From: a bacterium
Lineage (GTDB): Bacteria; Hinthialibacterota; Hinthialibacteria; Hinthialibacterales; Hinthialibacteraceae
DNA length: 64,000 bases
Direction of reading: 5' to 3'
NCBI GenBank assembly: GCA_963662285.2
Contig: CAXXMV010000002.1
Coordinates: forward strand, 1,312,001 to 1,376,000
This document shows, in pieces, positions 29,451-40,101 of this stretch; positions within the stretch are counted from its first letter, which is position 1, and each line of letters opens with the position of its first letter. The notes beneath the pieces were generated by a model. It saw nothing but the letters and a program-made list of their open reading frames with translations. It did not search any database and was not told where the DNA came from. The position numbers were made by a program, and so were the translations under genes.

Positions 29451-30017
29451 ATGAGCGGTGAAATTACCATAAGTAATAATGTGCAGTCGGTAAATCCCGC
29501 TCCTCCGGCAACGCTGGAGGTGAATCGGCTTATTGGCTCGTTTGAGCGAAATGTTGATGCGAAATTTCGCATAGTTATGCCTGCTCAGTTTCGCGAAAGA
29601 TTGGGTAAATCCGCTTTGATTATGATTCCCTGGCTCAAGAGATCACTGGCTATATTCCCGGAATGCAATTTTATACCTTTGGCGGAATCAATCAGCGATT
29701 TGGATCTTTATACCGATTTCGGTTTGACGGTGCGTCATCAAATATTCGCTCAGGCGCGTGAAGTCAAGATGGATAAGAAGGAAGGCCGGATTGTTATTCC
29801 TCCTGAGATGGCTGATTACGCACGGTTAAGCGGTAAGACTATGCTTTTGGGCGATTGGGATAAAGTTACGGTATGGAATTATACATATTATAGAGATCAA
29901 GTTGCCGTTGATGATGCGACTTTGACGGAACGGTTTCCAGAAGTGCTGAAATTGGCTAAAGGCCAGAAAACCATTGAATCAATTGAATCTGAACAGAATA
30001 AGAAGGAAAACCAATAA
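29451..30017 (+). CDS. mraZ: Division/cell wall cluster repressor MraZ
   Basis: Two AbrB-like repeats (VDAKFRIVMP, MDKKEGRIVIP); first gene of the dcw cluster. Confidence 0.85.
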   Translation: MSGEITISNNVQSVNPAPPATLEVNRLIGSFERNVDAKFRIVMPAQFRERLGKSALIMIPWLKRSLAIFPECNFIPLAESISDLDLYTDFGLTVRHQIFAQAREVKMDKKEGRIVIPPEMADYARLSGKTMLLGDWDKVTVWNYTYYRDQVAVDDATLTERFPEVLKLAKGQKTIESIESEQNKKENQ

Positions 30018-30976
30018 TGAATACTGAACCGGAAATGCATATTCCGGTTATGGAAAGTGAAGTTGCTGAACAACTTCGATCATATAAACCAAACAGGATT
30101 CTGGTTGATTGCACCATGGGATATGGCGGCCACAGCGCCGTTTTAACTAAAGATTTCGGCCAGGATGATAGGTTGATCGGAATTGATAGAGACCGTGATG
30201 CTATAAAGGCTTGTAAAGATAAGTTTAAGAATGCGCCATTCCGGATAAGCATGCATAATGTCGGCTTCGAAGAACTGGAGTCGGTTCTGGAAGAGGAAGC
30301 AGTTGAATTCGCCGATTTGTTTCTTTTCGACCTTGGGTTTTCTTCACCGCAAGTTGATCAGAGCGAAAGGGGATTCAGTTTTATGAGAAGCGGCCCGTTG
30401 GATATGCGCATGGATCAAAGCCAGGCTCTTTCCGCCAAAGATGTGATCCATCTATGGAGCGAAAGTGAACTGGCCAGCATCTTTAAGCGATACGGAGATG
30501 AGAGATTTTCTCGGCGTATCGCTAAAGCTATTGTTCGGGTCAGGAAAGATTCGCCGATTGATACAACGCAGGAATTGGCGGATGTGGTGATTAATGCTAT
30601 TCCAGAGCGAAACCGGTATAAGGAAGGCATTCATCCCGCTACAAGGGTTTTTCAAGCGTTGCGCATTGTGGTGAATGACGAACTTGAATCTTTGCGTACC
30701 GGACTAAAGGCGGCTCTGCATCATTTGAGTCCGGAAGGACGCGTGGCCGTGTTGTCGTATCATTCCTTGGAACATCGTATTGTCAAGGAATTATACCGCG
30801 GATTTTGTCGTCCGATTATTCATGCGCCGGGGATTCCGGTGACTGGTCGGGAAGACCCGGAAAAAGGGAAAATTATTACCCGGAAAGCAATTCGACCATG
30901 CGCAGCTGAACAACAACGGAATCCCAGAAGCCGCAGCGCACAGCTGCGCGTCTTGGAATGCGCTAAAACGGATTAA
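30017..30976 (+). CDS. rsmH: 16S rRNA m4C1402 methyltransferase
   Basis: HIPVM, DCTMGYGGHS, DLGFSSPQ, HPATRVFQALRI and NPRSRSA motifs. Confidence 0.97.
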   Translation: MNTEPEMHIPVMESEVAEQLRSYKPNRILVDCTMGYGGHSAVLTKDFGQDDRLIGIDRDRDAIKACKDKFKNAPFRISMHNVGFEELESVLEEEAVEFADLFLFDLGFSSPQVDQSERGFSFMRSGPLDMRMDQSQALSAKDVIHLWSESELASIFKRYGDERFSRRIAKAIVRVRKDSPIDTTQELADVVINAIPERNRYKEGIHPATRVFQALRIVVNDELESLRTGLKAALHHLSPEGRVAVLSYHSLEHRIVKELYRGFCRPIIHAPGIPVTGREDPEKGKIITRKAIRPCAAEQQRNPRSRSAQLRVLECAKTD

Positions 30977-30991
30977 GGAATATATCTGGAA

Positions 30992-31438
30992 ATGAAACGC
31001 AACCGGACGGATGAGTTTGATAGTCTTATCAATGTGACCCGTGGATTCCTCGGTTATCTATGTTTGATCATTCTGTTTGGGGGCGTTATTTTGATTGTTC
31101 AATCATCAATGGAAGTTAAACGCATCCGGTATAGTTTGACTATTGCCTATGAAGAGAAGAAAGAATTATTGGATCAATTGAGTAAATTAGATAACCGGAT
31201 TGGTGAATTAGAGCGGTATAGCCGTATTGCGGAGCGGATTGAAACCATTCTGCCTCATTTGGGTCCGCCCCGGCGTCCGGCTATCGAATTGAAAGTCGAT
31301 GGCTTGGTCGGGCGCGCTGGCATTCCAGGCGCCCCGTCTGTTTTATTAAAAGATGAAAGTCCTTTGGCTAATATGAGAAAAGGGTGGCAGAATTTGAGAC
31401 AATCCACCTATAAATGGTTGCGTGGATTAGTTGAGTAG
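30992..31438 (+). CDS. ftsL: Cell division protein FtsL-like
   Basis: Single TM plus leucine coiled coil, located between rsmH and ftsI. Confidence 0.65.
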   Translation: MKRNRTDEFDSLINVTRGFLGYLCLIILFGGVILIVQSSMEVKRIRYSLTIAYEEKKELLDQLSKLDNRIGELERYSRIAERIETILPHLGPPRRPAIELKVDGLVGRAGIPGAPSVLLKDESPLANMRKGWQNLRQSTYKWLRGLVE

Positions 31439-31443
31439 GCGTA

Positions 31444-33585
31444 GTGGAAAAACAACAGATTTCTTTTATGCGTATTGGAGTTTTGATGATCGTCATGGTG
31501 ATGGTATTCGCCGGACTGATTGTGAGGCTCTATGTATTGCAAATCCTGGAAGCGCCTAAAATTCTGGCGACCAGTGATAAGGCGCGTAATTATGTTTTAA
31601 CTATTCCATCTACCCGTGGTTTGATTTTAGACCGCAATCAACGCTCCCTCGCTCTGAATAAAAAATTGTATACCATATCCATTGCCAAAGATCGCATTGA
31701 GAATATTACTGAAACTGTTTTGAAAAAGCGCAATGAGAATATTGCTGAAACTGTTTTGAAATTGGGCCTTCTATTAGACCTTCCCATGAGTAGTATTCAG
31801 GGTGATATCGCTGCTCTGCAACGCGATAATGTCAAATGGAGAGAAATTAAAAAAGCGGTTCCCGAATCGTTGAAGGATAAAGTTGAAAAAGCCGCTATTC
31901 CGGGAGTTGAATTTAAGCCGTCTCCGGCGCGTTTTTATCCAGAAGGATCTCTGGCGGCCCATGTGCTTGGATTCACTGGAATGGATAATAACGGCTTGTC
32001 GGGTCTTGAGATGACTTTGAATGACAATCTCGAAGGATTCGCCCAACCGGTGCTGGCCGATAAAGACAAACGACGCCGGATGATTGCTGATGCTGATTAT
32101 ACCAAGATTCAAACCCGCGGCATGGATTATTTGTTGACAATTGACAGTTATATTCAATATGTGGTTGAACGGGAATTGAAGAAAGCCTGTCAAAAGACTT
32201 CAGCATTGAAAGCTCATGCTGTGGTTATGCATCCCGGCAGCGGCGAAATTTTGGCCATGGCTAATTACCCTACTTTTGATCCCAATAATTATAATGATTT
32301 TAACTTGGAATTAAGGAAAAATAGTCTACTAACAGATGTTTTCGAACCAGGCTCAGTTCTGAAGCCTTTTATATTAAGCGCTGCTTTGGAACAAAGAGTC
32401 GTAACGCCGCAAATGTCGTTCTATTGTGAAAAGGGATACTACCTTTTTAATAAAAAAACGATCAGAGATGATATTCATCATTTTGAAGATTTAACCGTCC
32501 ACGACATTCTGGTTCGATCAAGCAATATTGGCATGGTTAAGATAACTCAGCGTTTGGGAGAAAATCCCTATGATTTTCGCGGTCAAGCTAAAATACTGCA
32601 TAACTATTTAAGCCGATTCGGTTTTAAGAATAGCGGAGAGAAGACCACGCAATATCTCCCTGGTGAAACCGGGGGCCTTCTTCGTACGCCGGATGAGTGG
32701 CAGCCCTCATCGATTGGTGCGATACCATTCGGGCAGGAAATTTCAACGAACACGCTGGTTTTAACGGCGGCTTATTGCGCCCTGGCCAATCGCGGGCTTT
32801 ATTGTCAACCTCAAGTCCTTCTTTCAAAAAGAAGAAGAGACGGTTTGTTTCAGTTGGTGGAAAAGCCAAAACCTGAGCGGATTTTATCTAACCGGGTTGC
32901 TGAACAGATCGTGCAGATGATGATAGATGTAACTGAAGACCCTGATGGAACCGGACGAATGGTTCGTATCCCCGGATTTCATATCGCAGGGAAAACCGGA
33001 ACCGCTCAAAAATACGATCCCCAGGTTGGTACCTATGGCAAGGGGATGCGCATTGCCTCTTTTGCCGGTTTTTTCCCAGCCGAAGATCCCCAGGCTGTCA
33101 TTGTAGTAGTGGTTGATGAACCGAAGAAACTAAAATACGGCGGTGAAGTGGCCGGGCCTGTTTTTCAGAAGATTGCTGAAGAACTGATCGCCTATTGGGG
33201 CATGAGTCCTACAGATAAAACTGATCCGCAATTTATTGCGGCGATGGATAAAGAGGCAAAAGAATCATCCAAGCGGAGCCAAATTGCTTCGATAAAGAAA
33301 CCATTTGGTGTTTCACATCAAATGCCGGTCTCTTTGAATCCTGCGCCGCCTGCGCAAGATGGCATGATGCCGGACTTGACTGGATTATCGATCCGTGAGG
33401 CTTATGTATATCTTGCTATGCTTGGAGTTAAAGCCCGATTCGAAGGATCGGGCAAGGTTGTTAAACAGTCTGTCCTACCGGGAATGGTGGTCGATAGAGG
33501 AATCGACATTGGCGTGGTTTATTGTGAACCGGCGCTGACTGACCCGGCAATCTCTGATAAACCTGACGTGGTTGTCCAGCGTTAA
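31444..33585 (+). CDS. ftsI: Class B penicillin-binding protein (FtsI/PBP3) with C-terminal PASTA domain
   Basis: RGLILDRN, SVLK (SxxK), SSN (SxN), KTGTAQ and MPDLTGLS PASTA motifs. Confidence 0.93.
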   Translation: MEKQQISFMRIGVLMIVMVMVFAGLIVRLYVLQILEAPKILATSDKARNYVLTIPSTRGLILDRNQRSLALNKKLYTISIAKDRIENITETVLKKRNENIAETVLKLGLLLDLPMSSIQGDIAALQRDNVKWREIKKAVPESLKDKVEKAAIPGVEFKPSPARFYPEGSLAAHVLGFTGMDNNGLSGLEMTLNDNLEGFAQPVLADKDKRRRMIADADYTKIQTRGMDYLLTIDSYIQYVVERELKKACQKTSALKAHAVVMHPGSGEILAMANYPTFDPNNYNDFNLELRKNSLLTDVFEPGSVLKPFILSAALEQRVVTPQMSFYCEKGYYLFNKKTIRDDIHHFEDLTVHDILVRSSNIGMVKITQRLGENPYDFRGQAKILHNYLSRFGFKNSGEKTTQYLPGETGGLLRTPDEWQPSSIGAIPFGQEISTNTLVLTAAYCALANRGLYCQPQVLLSKRRRDGLFQLVEKPKPERILSNRVAEQIVQMMIDVTEDPDGTGRMVRIPGFHIAGKTGTAQKYDPQVGTYGKGMRIASFAGFFPAEDPQAVIVVVVDEPKKLKYGGEVAGPVFQKIAEELIAYWGMSPTDKTDPQFIAAMDKEAKESSKRSQIASIKKPFGVSHQMPVSLNPAPPAQDGMMPDLTGLSIREAYVYLAMLGVKARFEGSGKVVKQSVLPGMVVDRGIDIGVVYCEPALTDPAISDKPDVVVQR

Positions 33586-33615
33586 TCAGATTGGATTAGG
33601 CCTTTTGCGTTTAGG

Positions 33616-35145
33616 TTGGGTACTCGGATTTTGCGGTTTAATGAAACCGATGAGGTAATGAGCATGATCAAGGCTGATCGTGTTTTTGAGGGTGTTGCCA
33701 TAAGTGAAGTGCATGGAGAGATTCCCCGCGTTTTCAAAAGCCTGACGTGCGACTCACGGCAGGTTGAAGACGGGAGTCTTTTCGTCGCCCTACGCGGCGG
33801 AGCGTCAGATGGTCATGATTTTCTTGACCAGGTCGGACGTGACGGCGCGGCTGCGGCGATAGTGGATCATTTCTGCGATTGCTCCCTCAAAAACCAAATT
33901 ATTGTAGAGAATTCGCTGGCTTCTCTTCCCAGAGTAGCGGCCAATTTCTATGATCATCCCGCTCGACTTTTAAAAGTCTTCGGCATTACCGGATCAAACG
34001 GTAAAACGACCACTGCTTTTTTACTTGAATCAATCCTTAAAACTGCTGATCGTGCAACGGCATTAATCGGGACGATTGAATATCGCTATGACGATATTCA
34101 AATCCCAGCTCCTAATACGACTCCTTTACCGCATGAAATGCAGCGCATATTAAGGGAAATTGTTGATGCAGGGGTTAAGAATGTGGTTATGGAAGTCTCT
34201 TCGCATGGATTGGCTTTGCACCGGGTGGATGAGATCAAGTTCGGCGTCGCTCTGTTTACCAATCTGTCGCAAGATCATTTGGATTTTCATAAAGATATGA
34301 GTCATTACCGTGAAACCAAGAAACGGCTCTTCACCGATTATATGACCGACAATGGCGTTGGCGTGTTTAATTTTGACGATGAAACGGGACGGCAATATTT
34401 TGATGAAGTGCAGTTAAAGAAGAAAATATCATTCGCCATCAACCGTGATGCGGATTTCCGCGCCAGAGATGTTGATATTCGTTTGTCGGGCAGCACCTTT
34501 ACGCTCGAGACTCATTTCGGCGATCATTTCCCGATTCACACCCAAATGGTTGGTCTTCATAATGTCGCCAATATACTAGCGGCGGTATCGGCCGCTTGGG
34601 CGGGAGGCGTCCCTCTGGATGTCATCCGTAAAGGCGTAGAACTTATGCCATCTGTTCCCGGGCGGCTGGAGTCGATTCCCAATAGCATCGGCGCGCAGGT
34701 CGTGGTTGATTATTGCCATACTCCTGATGCTCTTGAGAAATGTCTCCATGCATTAACCGCTATTCCCCATAACCGCATTATTACTCTGTTTGGATGCGGG
34801 GGAGACCGGGATAAAGGCAAGCGCCCCATGATGGGCGAGATCGCCTTGCGCTTCAGCGATCATGTGATTGTGACTTCAGATAATCCCCGCACCGAAGATG
34901 CTGATATGATTATTAAGGATATTGAAGCAGGCATGACGGCGGGTAAAGAAAAATATGATGTGATACCCAAACGCAAGGAAGCCATAAAGGCTGGCGTTGC
35001 TGAACTTAAAGAAGGCGATATTTTCCTGGTAGCCGGCAAAGGTCATGAAACTTATCAGATCATAGGTAGTGAAAAAACTCCATTCGATGACCGTGAAATA
35101 ACCACTGATTATCTCAACCAGGCAGGGAAGGGGGTTAAAGGCTGA
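33616..35145 (+). CDS. murE: UDP-MurNAc-Ala-Glu--meso-DAP ligase
   Basis: GITGSNGKTT, MEVSSH, DNPR (meso-DAP specificity) and AGKGHE. Start is probably the ATG at 33658 or 33664. Confidence 0.96.
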   Translation: MGTRILRFNETDEVMSMIKADRVFEGVAISEVHGEIPRVFKSLTCDSRQVEDGSLFVALRGGASDGHDFLDQVGRDGAAAAIVDHFCDCSLKNQIIVENSLASLPRVAANFYDHPARLLKVFGITGSNGKTTTAFLLESILKTADRATALIGTIEYRYDDIQIPAPNTTPLPHEMQRILREIVDAGVKNVVMEVSSHGLALHRVDEIKFGVALFTNLSQDHLDFHKDMSHYRETKKRLFTDYMTDNGVGVFNFDDETGRQYFDEVQLKKKISFAINRDADFRARDVDIRLSGSTFTLETHFGDHFPIHTQMVGLHNVANILAAVSAAWAGGVPLDVIRKGVELMPSVPGRLESIPNSIGAQVVVDYCHTPDALEKCLHALTAIPHNRIITLFGCGGDRDKGKRPMMGEIALRFSDHVIVTSDNPRTEDADMIIKDIEAGMTAGKEKYDVIPKRKEAIKAGVAELKEGDIFLVAGKGHETYQIIGSEKTPFDDREITTDYLNQAGKGVKG

Positions 35146-35147
35146 TC

Positions 35148-36260
35148 ATGGCTTTATTATACCTCTTTCCATTATCAAAGATTTATGAAGGTTTAGGTTT
35201 TCTGAACGTTCTGCAATACATTTCGTTCCGTTCGGCTATGGCTGCAGTTACGGCGATGTTTATCGGCGTTCTGATCGGTCCCTATTTCATACGTTGGCTG
35301 CAAGTGATGAAGATCGGGCAGACCATCCGTGGTGAAGGCGTCAAGGAATTATACGAAAAGCATAAGAAAAAATCTGGAACGCCAACTATGGGCGGTACGC
35401 TTATTGTGGCGGCGGTAAGCATCTCCATGCTGCTGTGGGGCAACCTGTCGAACCATCTGGTGTGGACTTGCTTGATCGTCATGTGGGCGCTGGCGGCGCT
35501 CGGTTTCCTGGATGATTACACCAAACTGGCGGAGAAGAAATATAAGGGCGTACGGGCGCGGCAAAAGTTTGTCGTTCAATTGGCAATCGGATCGGCGTTG
35601 GGGTTTGCGTTGTATTTTATTCACCCGCTGGTTCCTCAACGGCCATTTGATCTTTCTATGCCTTTTTTTAAGAACGTATTTATTCCCTTAGGAATTTTGT
35701 ATATTCCTTTCGTGGCCCTGGTTATTACCGGTTCGTCCAATGCGGTAAACCTGACTGACGGTTTGGATGGTTTGGCCAGCGGCTGCGTTATTGTTGCGGC
35801 AATGGCGTTTGCAGCGTTGACCTATGTTGTAGGCCGTACGGATACCAGCAACTATCTGGATATTCTCTATATTGCGCATAGCGGCGAGTTGACGGTATTC
35901 GCCATGTCGCTGGTTGGCGCGACCATGGCCTTTTTATGGTACAACGCCCATCCCGCTCAAATCTTCATGGGAGATACTGGATCATTAGCTTTAGGCGGCG
36001 CTTTGGGAACCTTGGCGGTTCTGATTAAGCAGGAATTATTGCTACTGATTATTGGCGGCGTATTCGTGATGGAAGCGCTGTCCGTGATTTTGCAAGTTAC
36101 CAGCTACCGTTATCGAGGCGGGAAGAGAATTTTTTTGATGGCGCCGCTGCATCATCATTTTGAAATGATGGGGTGGAAAGAGACCACCATTGTAACGCGA
36201 TTCTGGATTATAGCGGCTGTTTTCGCCTTTCTAGGTCTGGCGACATTGAAGTTGCGTTGA
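35148..36260 (+). CDS. mraY: Phospho-MurNAc-pentapeptide transferase
   Basis: KSGTPTMGG, NAVNLTDGLDGL, FMGDTGSL and APLHHHFE motifs. Confidence 0.97.
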   Translation: MALLYLFPLSKIYEGLGFLNVLQYISFRSAMAAVTAMFIGVLIGPYFIRWLQVMKIGQTIRGEGVKELYEKHKKKSGTPTMGGTLIVAAVSISMLLWGNLSNHLVWTCLIVMWALAALGFLDDYTKLAEKKYKGVRARQKFVVQLAIGSALGFALYFIHPLVPQRPFDLSMPFFKNVFIPLGILYIPFVALVITGSSNAVNLTDGLDGLASGCVIVAAMAFAALTYVVGRTDTSNYLDILYIAHSGELTVFAMSLVGATMAFLWYNAHPAQIFMGDTGSLALGGALGTLAVLIKQELLLLIIGGVFVMEALSVILQVTSYRYRGGKRIFLMAPLHHHFEMMGWKETTIVTRFWIIAAVFAFLGLATLKLR

Positions 36261-36331
36261 TTTTGGCAGACCAAAAACGCTGATTGTAATATGAAATAAA
36301 TGAAAGAGATTTTTTACGGTGAGAAGACCGT

Positions 36332-37741
36332 ATGAGTATAAAGAGTATGTGGATGACAATTAACCAAAACGAAATCCGGAAGGCTCTCTCTGGACCCTCG
36401 CCCCGCCTGACAGGCTTATGCGGGCTGGTGGTGGGAATGGGGCAGAGCGGCTCAGCTGCGACGGAATTATTGCGTCGTGAAGGGGCTTCCATCTGGATTT
36501 ACGATGCGGATCAAAGCAAGACTGAAGCGCTTCGGCAACAATGGGAACCGTGTGGCGCCCGTGTGTTGACTGGCGACCTTCAACCTATGCAGGGCATCGA
36601 TTTTTGCCTTGTCAGCCCCGGCGTTCCACCCACTGGAGTATTTTTTACCTGGTTGCGTCAGGCCGATATTCCACTGTTGGGCGAGATGGAACTGGGATGC
36701 CGTTTTCTACAGCGACCGATTATCGCGGTTACCGGCACTAATGGTAAAACTACGGTTACCGGCATGATCGCTCATATTTTGAATCAATGTGGGCATGAAG
36801 CTGAAGAAGTGGGTAATGTCGGTTATCCGGTCTGTCAGGCGGCGGTTGATAGCCAACGCCAAAGCGATAAGCCATTAGTTATGGAAGTCAGCAGTTATCA
36901 GTGTGAAACTTTTGATGAATTTAAACCCCGGGTGGGAGTGATTACCAATCTCGCTCCGGATCACCTGGATAGATATACATCGGAACAAGAGTATTACCAG
37001 ACCAAGTTTAATATCGCTAAGAATCAGGCGCCGCATGAGGCACTATGGTTGGGCCCCAGGGTTGAGGGCGATTGTCCCGTGTGGGTTCCATCGAGAAAAA
37101 GAGAATTTGCTATCAATGAAGTGGGGTCTGATGGCCTCTTTTTCTCCGAAGGAACCGTCATTCACCGGGATGACCAGAATGAGGAACGGCTGCTTTGGCC
37201 GTCCTTCGCAAATAATCCGTCTCAACAAACCTTGAACGCATTGGCGGCCGCAGGCGCCGCCCTGTCTTTCGGCGTTCAACTTGAAGAGGCGTTGCATGCT
37301 TTAGATTCGTTTAAGTCATTGCCGCATCGCTTGGAATTCGTCGCTGAAGTAAAGGGTATGCGTTGTTATAACGATTCCAAGGCGACCAATGTTCATGCTC
37401 TCCTGGCGGCGTTGCGGTCATTGAGCGGCCCGATACGCCTTATCGCCGGAGGGCGTCCTAAAGGCGACTGTCTTGATGTTCTCGAACCGTTGATCCGGGA
37501 GAAGGTGAAAGCGATTTACCTTATCGGTGAGGCGGCGGAAGAATTCAATCAGGCGTGGAGTCCATTAGTCGAAACCCATGTGGAAGAGACGCTGGAAGCA
37601 GCTGTGGCGCATGGTTTGCGGGAAGGCGTTGAAGGCGAAATCCTCTTGTTGTCTCCCGCCTGCGCCAGCTGGGATATGTTCGAAAACTATAAGGTGCGCG
37701 GTGATATTTTCAAGCAAACGGTGAAGGAGTGGAAAGCATGA
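36332..37741 (+). CDS. murD: UDP-MurNAc-L-Ala--D-Glu ligase
   Basis: GTNGKTT, EVSSYQ, NDSKATN and LLSPACASWD motifs. Confidence 0.95.
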   Translation: MSIKSMWMTINQNEIRKALSGPSPRLTGLCGLVVGMGQSGSAATELLRREGASIWIYDADQSKTEALRQQWEPCGARVLTGDLQPMQGIDFCLVSPGVPPTGVFFTWLRQADIPLLGEMELGCRFLQRPIIAVTGTNGKTTVTGMIAHILNQCGHEAEEVGNVGYPVCQAAVDSQRQSDKPLVMEVSSYQCETFDEFKPRVGVITNLAPDHLDRYTSEQEYYQTKFNIAKNQAPHEALWLGPRVEGDCPVWVPSRKREFAINEVGSDGLFFSEGTVIHRDDQNEERLLWPSFANNPSQQTLNALAAAGAALSFGVQLEEALHALDSFKSLPHRLEFVAEVKGMRCYNDSKATNVHALLAALRSLSGPIRLIAGGRPKGDCLDVLEPLIREKVKAIYLIGEAAEEFNQAWSPLVETHVEETLEAAVAHGLREGVEGEILLLSPACASWDMFENYKVRGDIFKQTVKEWKA

Positions 37742-38898
37742 TCCGGACCGGCCCGTTTGTTATCGGCTCCTTGTTTTTTTTGACTATCGTCCTGGTTTTG
37801 TTGGGCGTCATTATGGTGTTTAGTTCCAGTCAGTTTGTCTTTACCAAAGGCGCGATGGAAAACATCAACAACAGTAATGTCTATCAATTGATGGGCAAGC
37901 AATTAATGGGGATCAGTCTCGGATTAGCTTTATTATGCTTTTTCTATTTATGCGACTTTAATATATGGGAACGATATTCACGATGGATCATGTTGCTTGC
38001 AATTGTGCTTCTCGCCTTGGTCTTTACCAAGTTTGGCGTAGAAAAAAAGGCGGCGTATCGTTGGTTGACCTTAGGTCCGTTCAGGTTTCAACCATCAGAA
38101 TTTGCTAAAATCGCGGTGATTTTATATCTATCATCCACTTGGGCCGGGCGTATCGACCGGGTTCGTTCTTTAACCAAAGTTCTTTTTCCCATTATGTTTG
38201 TGGGACTGGCTCTAGGATTGATCCTGATTGAGCCAAACAACAGTACAACTTTCTTTATCGGTATGATTGTTTTGAGCATCTGGTTTGTTGCGGGTGGACG
38301 TCTGCTGCACTTGGCGCCGGTTTTTATTGCTTTTTGCGGCGCCATATTAACCGCATTGTACTATAAGCCAAATCTATTCTTGAGGATAAGGGGCTGGCTT
38401 GAGCCGGATAAATATCCGCACACCGCCTTGCAGTTCATTACATCACGCAACTCGTTCGCTCATGGTGGATTATGGGGCGTCGGACTTGGCGAGGGGCAAG
38501 GGCAATTGCATATTCCGGAAGCGCATACAGATTACATCTTCTCTATTATGGGTGAAGAACTTGGTTTTATTCTTTGTACGTTAGTTATCTGTCTATACCT
38601 GACTCTTTGTCTTCTAGGATTCTGGATCGCAATGCGATGCAGCAATCCCTTTGGCCGCTTGGTGGCGGTTGGGTGTACAACAGTCTTGAGTTTGCAGGCC
38701 GCATTGAATATCGCAGTGGTAACGGGATGTCTTCCAACCACAGGTTTGGCCCTGCCGTTTCTGTCCTATGGAAGATCATCCCTGCTAGTGAGCATGTCGT
38801 TGATTGGACTTTTAATGAATGTAGCCAAGGAGTCGTTTGATGCGGAAAGCGCGTCAGAGCATCCCGCTAAACGACGCCGCGCCTGGGCTTCTGCGTAA
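37738..38898 (+). CDS. ftsW: SEDS peptidoglycan glycosyltransferase FtsW
   Basis: FQPSEFAK, PEAHTDYIF and LPFLSYG motifs; ATG overlaps the murD stop. Confidence 0.93.
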   Translation: MIRTGPFVIGSLFFLTIVLVLLGVIMVFSSSQFVFTKGAMENINNSNVYQLMGKQLMGISLGLALLCFFYLCDFNIWERYSRWIMLLAIVLLALVFTKFGVEKKAAYRWLTLGPFRFQPSEFAKIAVILYLSSTWAGRIDRVRSLTKVLFPIMFVGLALGLILIEPNNSTTFFIGMIVLSIWFVAGGRLLHLAPVFIAFCGAILTALYYKPNLFLRIRGWLEPDKYPHTALQFITSRNSFAHGGLWGVGLGEGQGQLHIPEAHTDYIFSIMGEELGFILCTLVICLYLTLCLLGFWIAMRCSNPFGRLVAVGCTTVLSLQAALNIAVVTGCLPTTGLALPFLSYGRSSLLVSMSLIGLLMNVAKESFDAESASEHPAKRRRAWASA

Positions 38899-38937
38899 TT
38901 ATGCAGAACCGGGACTACTTGTATAGAAGAGTGGCAA

Positions 38938-40032
38938 TTGAGAAATAATAGAAGAACTATTGTTATCACGGGTGGAGGAACCGGCGGGCATCTGTTTCCA
39001 GCGCTTGCTGTTGCCGAAGCGTTGCGTGAAGCTGAGCCGGATATTGAATTGCTGTATATTAGCCGTGAAAACAATAGAGACCGTAGTGAAGTTGAACAAA
39101 GGAATATCCCTTTCCGGGGTTTTAAATTGTCTGGATTGCGGCGCAAAATTTCGCTGAAAAATTTATTAGCTTTATGGCGTTTTGCCGCTGCTTTGATTAA
39201 ATGCTGGTTGTTGCTCAGGCGTCAATCCAAGGGCGTTGTATTCGGCGTCGGAGGATATACTGCGGCGCCCGCAATGGTTGCCGGAAAACTGGCAGGCTGG
39301 AAACTGGCGCTTCACGAACAGAATTCCGTTCCCGGTCTGGTCAACCGGATCATGGCTTCCCGGTGTGACCGGGTTTTTTTGACATTCGATTCAACACGGG
39401 AATATTTGAGCGGCGCGTCGATGGTTACAACGGGTCTTCCAATGCGGAAAGAATTACAGGAAGCAATGGATTCGGCGTCAGCTTATAAGAAAAAAGACGG
39501 CCCTTTTGTATTAATCATGGGCGGCAGTCAGGGCGCCCGGAAACTGGTTGAGATTGGTTTGACGGTATTGCAGAAAATCAGTGATCGTGGAGTGGCTTAT
39601 AGGGCTTTGATTCAAACGGGTGAAAAAAATTATGATTGGGCGGTTTCTTTGCCAAAACCAGACCAGGTTGAATTGACGCCGTTTATTGAAAATATGGCGG
39701 AAGTTTATAAAAAAACGGATATTGTAGTCAGCCGGGCGGGATCAGGGAGTTTATCGGAAATTGCATTACTGGGGCTTCCTTCAATTTTGATCCCTTATCC
39801 ATTCGCCAGTGAGGATCATCAATTGATTAACGCCAGAGGTTTTCAGAATACTGGCGCCGCTTACCTGATCGAAGAGCAAGACTTGACGCCGGAACGGTTG
39901 AGCGAATATTTATCTTCGCTTTTACAGCGCGATGAAGAACGTCTGGCAATGGGACAATGCGCTTTATCGCTCGCTAAACGCGATGCAGCGCCAACCATCG
40001 CCAAAGAACTATTACGGCTTTTGGATATATAA
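38938..40032 (+). CDS. murG: Lipid I GlcNAc transferase
   Basis: GGGTGGHLFP, HEQN, GGSQGA and SRAG motifs. Confidence 0.96.
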   Translation: MRNNRRTIVITGGGTGGHLFPALAVAEALREAEPDIELLYISRENNRDRSEVEQRNIPFRGFKLSGLRRKISLKNLLALWRFAAALIKCWLLLRRQSKGVVFGVGGYTAAPAMVAGKLAGWKLALHEQNSVPGLVNRIMASRCDRVFLTFDSTREYLSGASMVTTGLPMRKELQEAMDSASAYKKKDGPFVLIMGGSQGARKLVEIGLTVLQKISDRGVAYRALIQTGEKNYDWAVSLPKPDQVELTPFIENMAEVYKKTDIVVSRAGSGSLSEIALLGLPSILIPYPFASEDHQLINARGFQNTGAAYLIEEQDLTPERLSEYLSSLLQRDEERLAMGQCALSLAKRDAAPTIAKELLRLLDI

Positions 40033-40101
40033 GACATTGATTTAGTGTTTGATAATTAATTTTATTTTGTGATTTAAATTAGGGTTGAAATAGTCGAAAG
40101 G

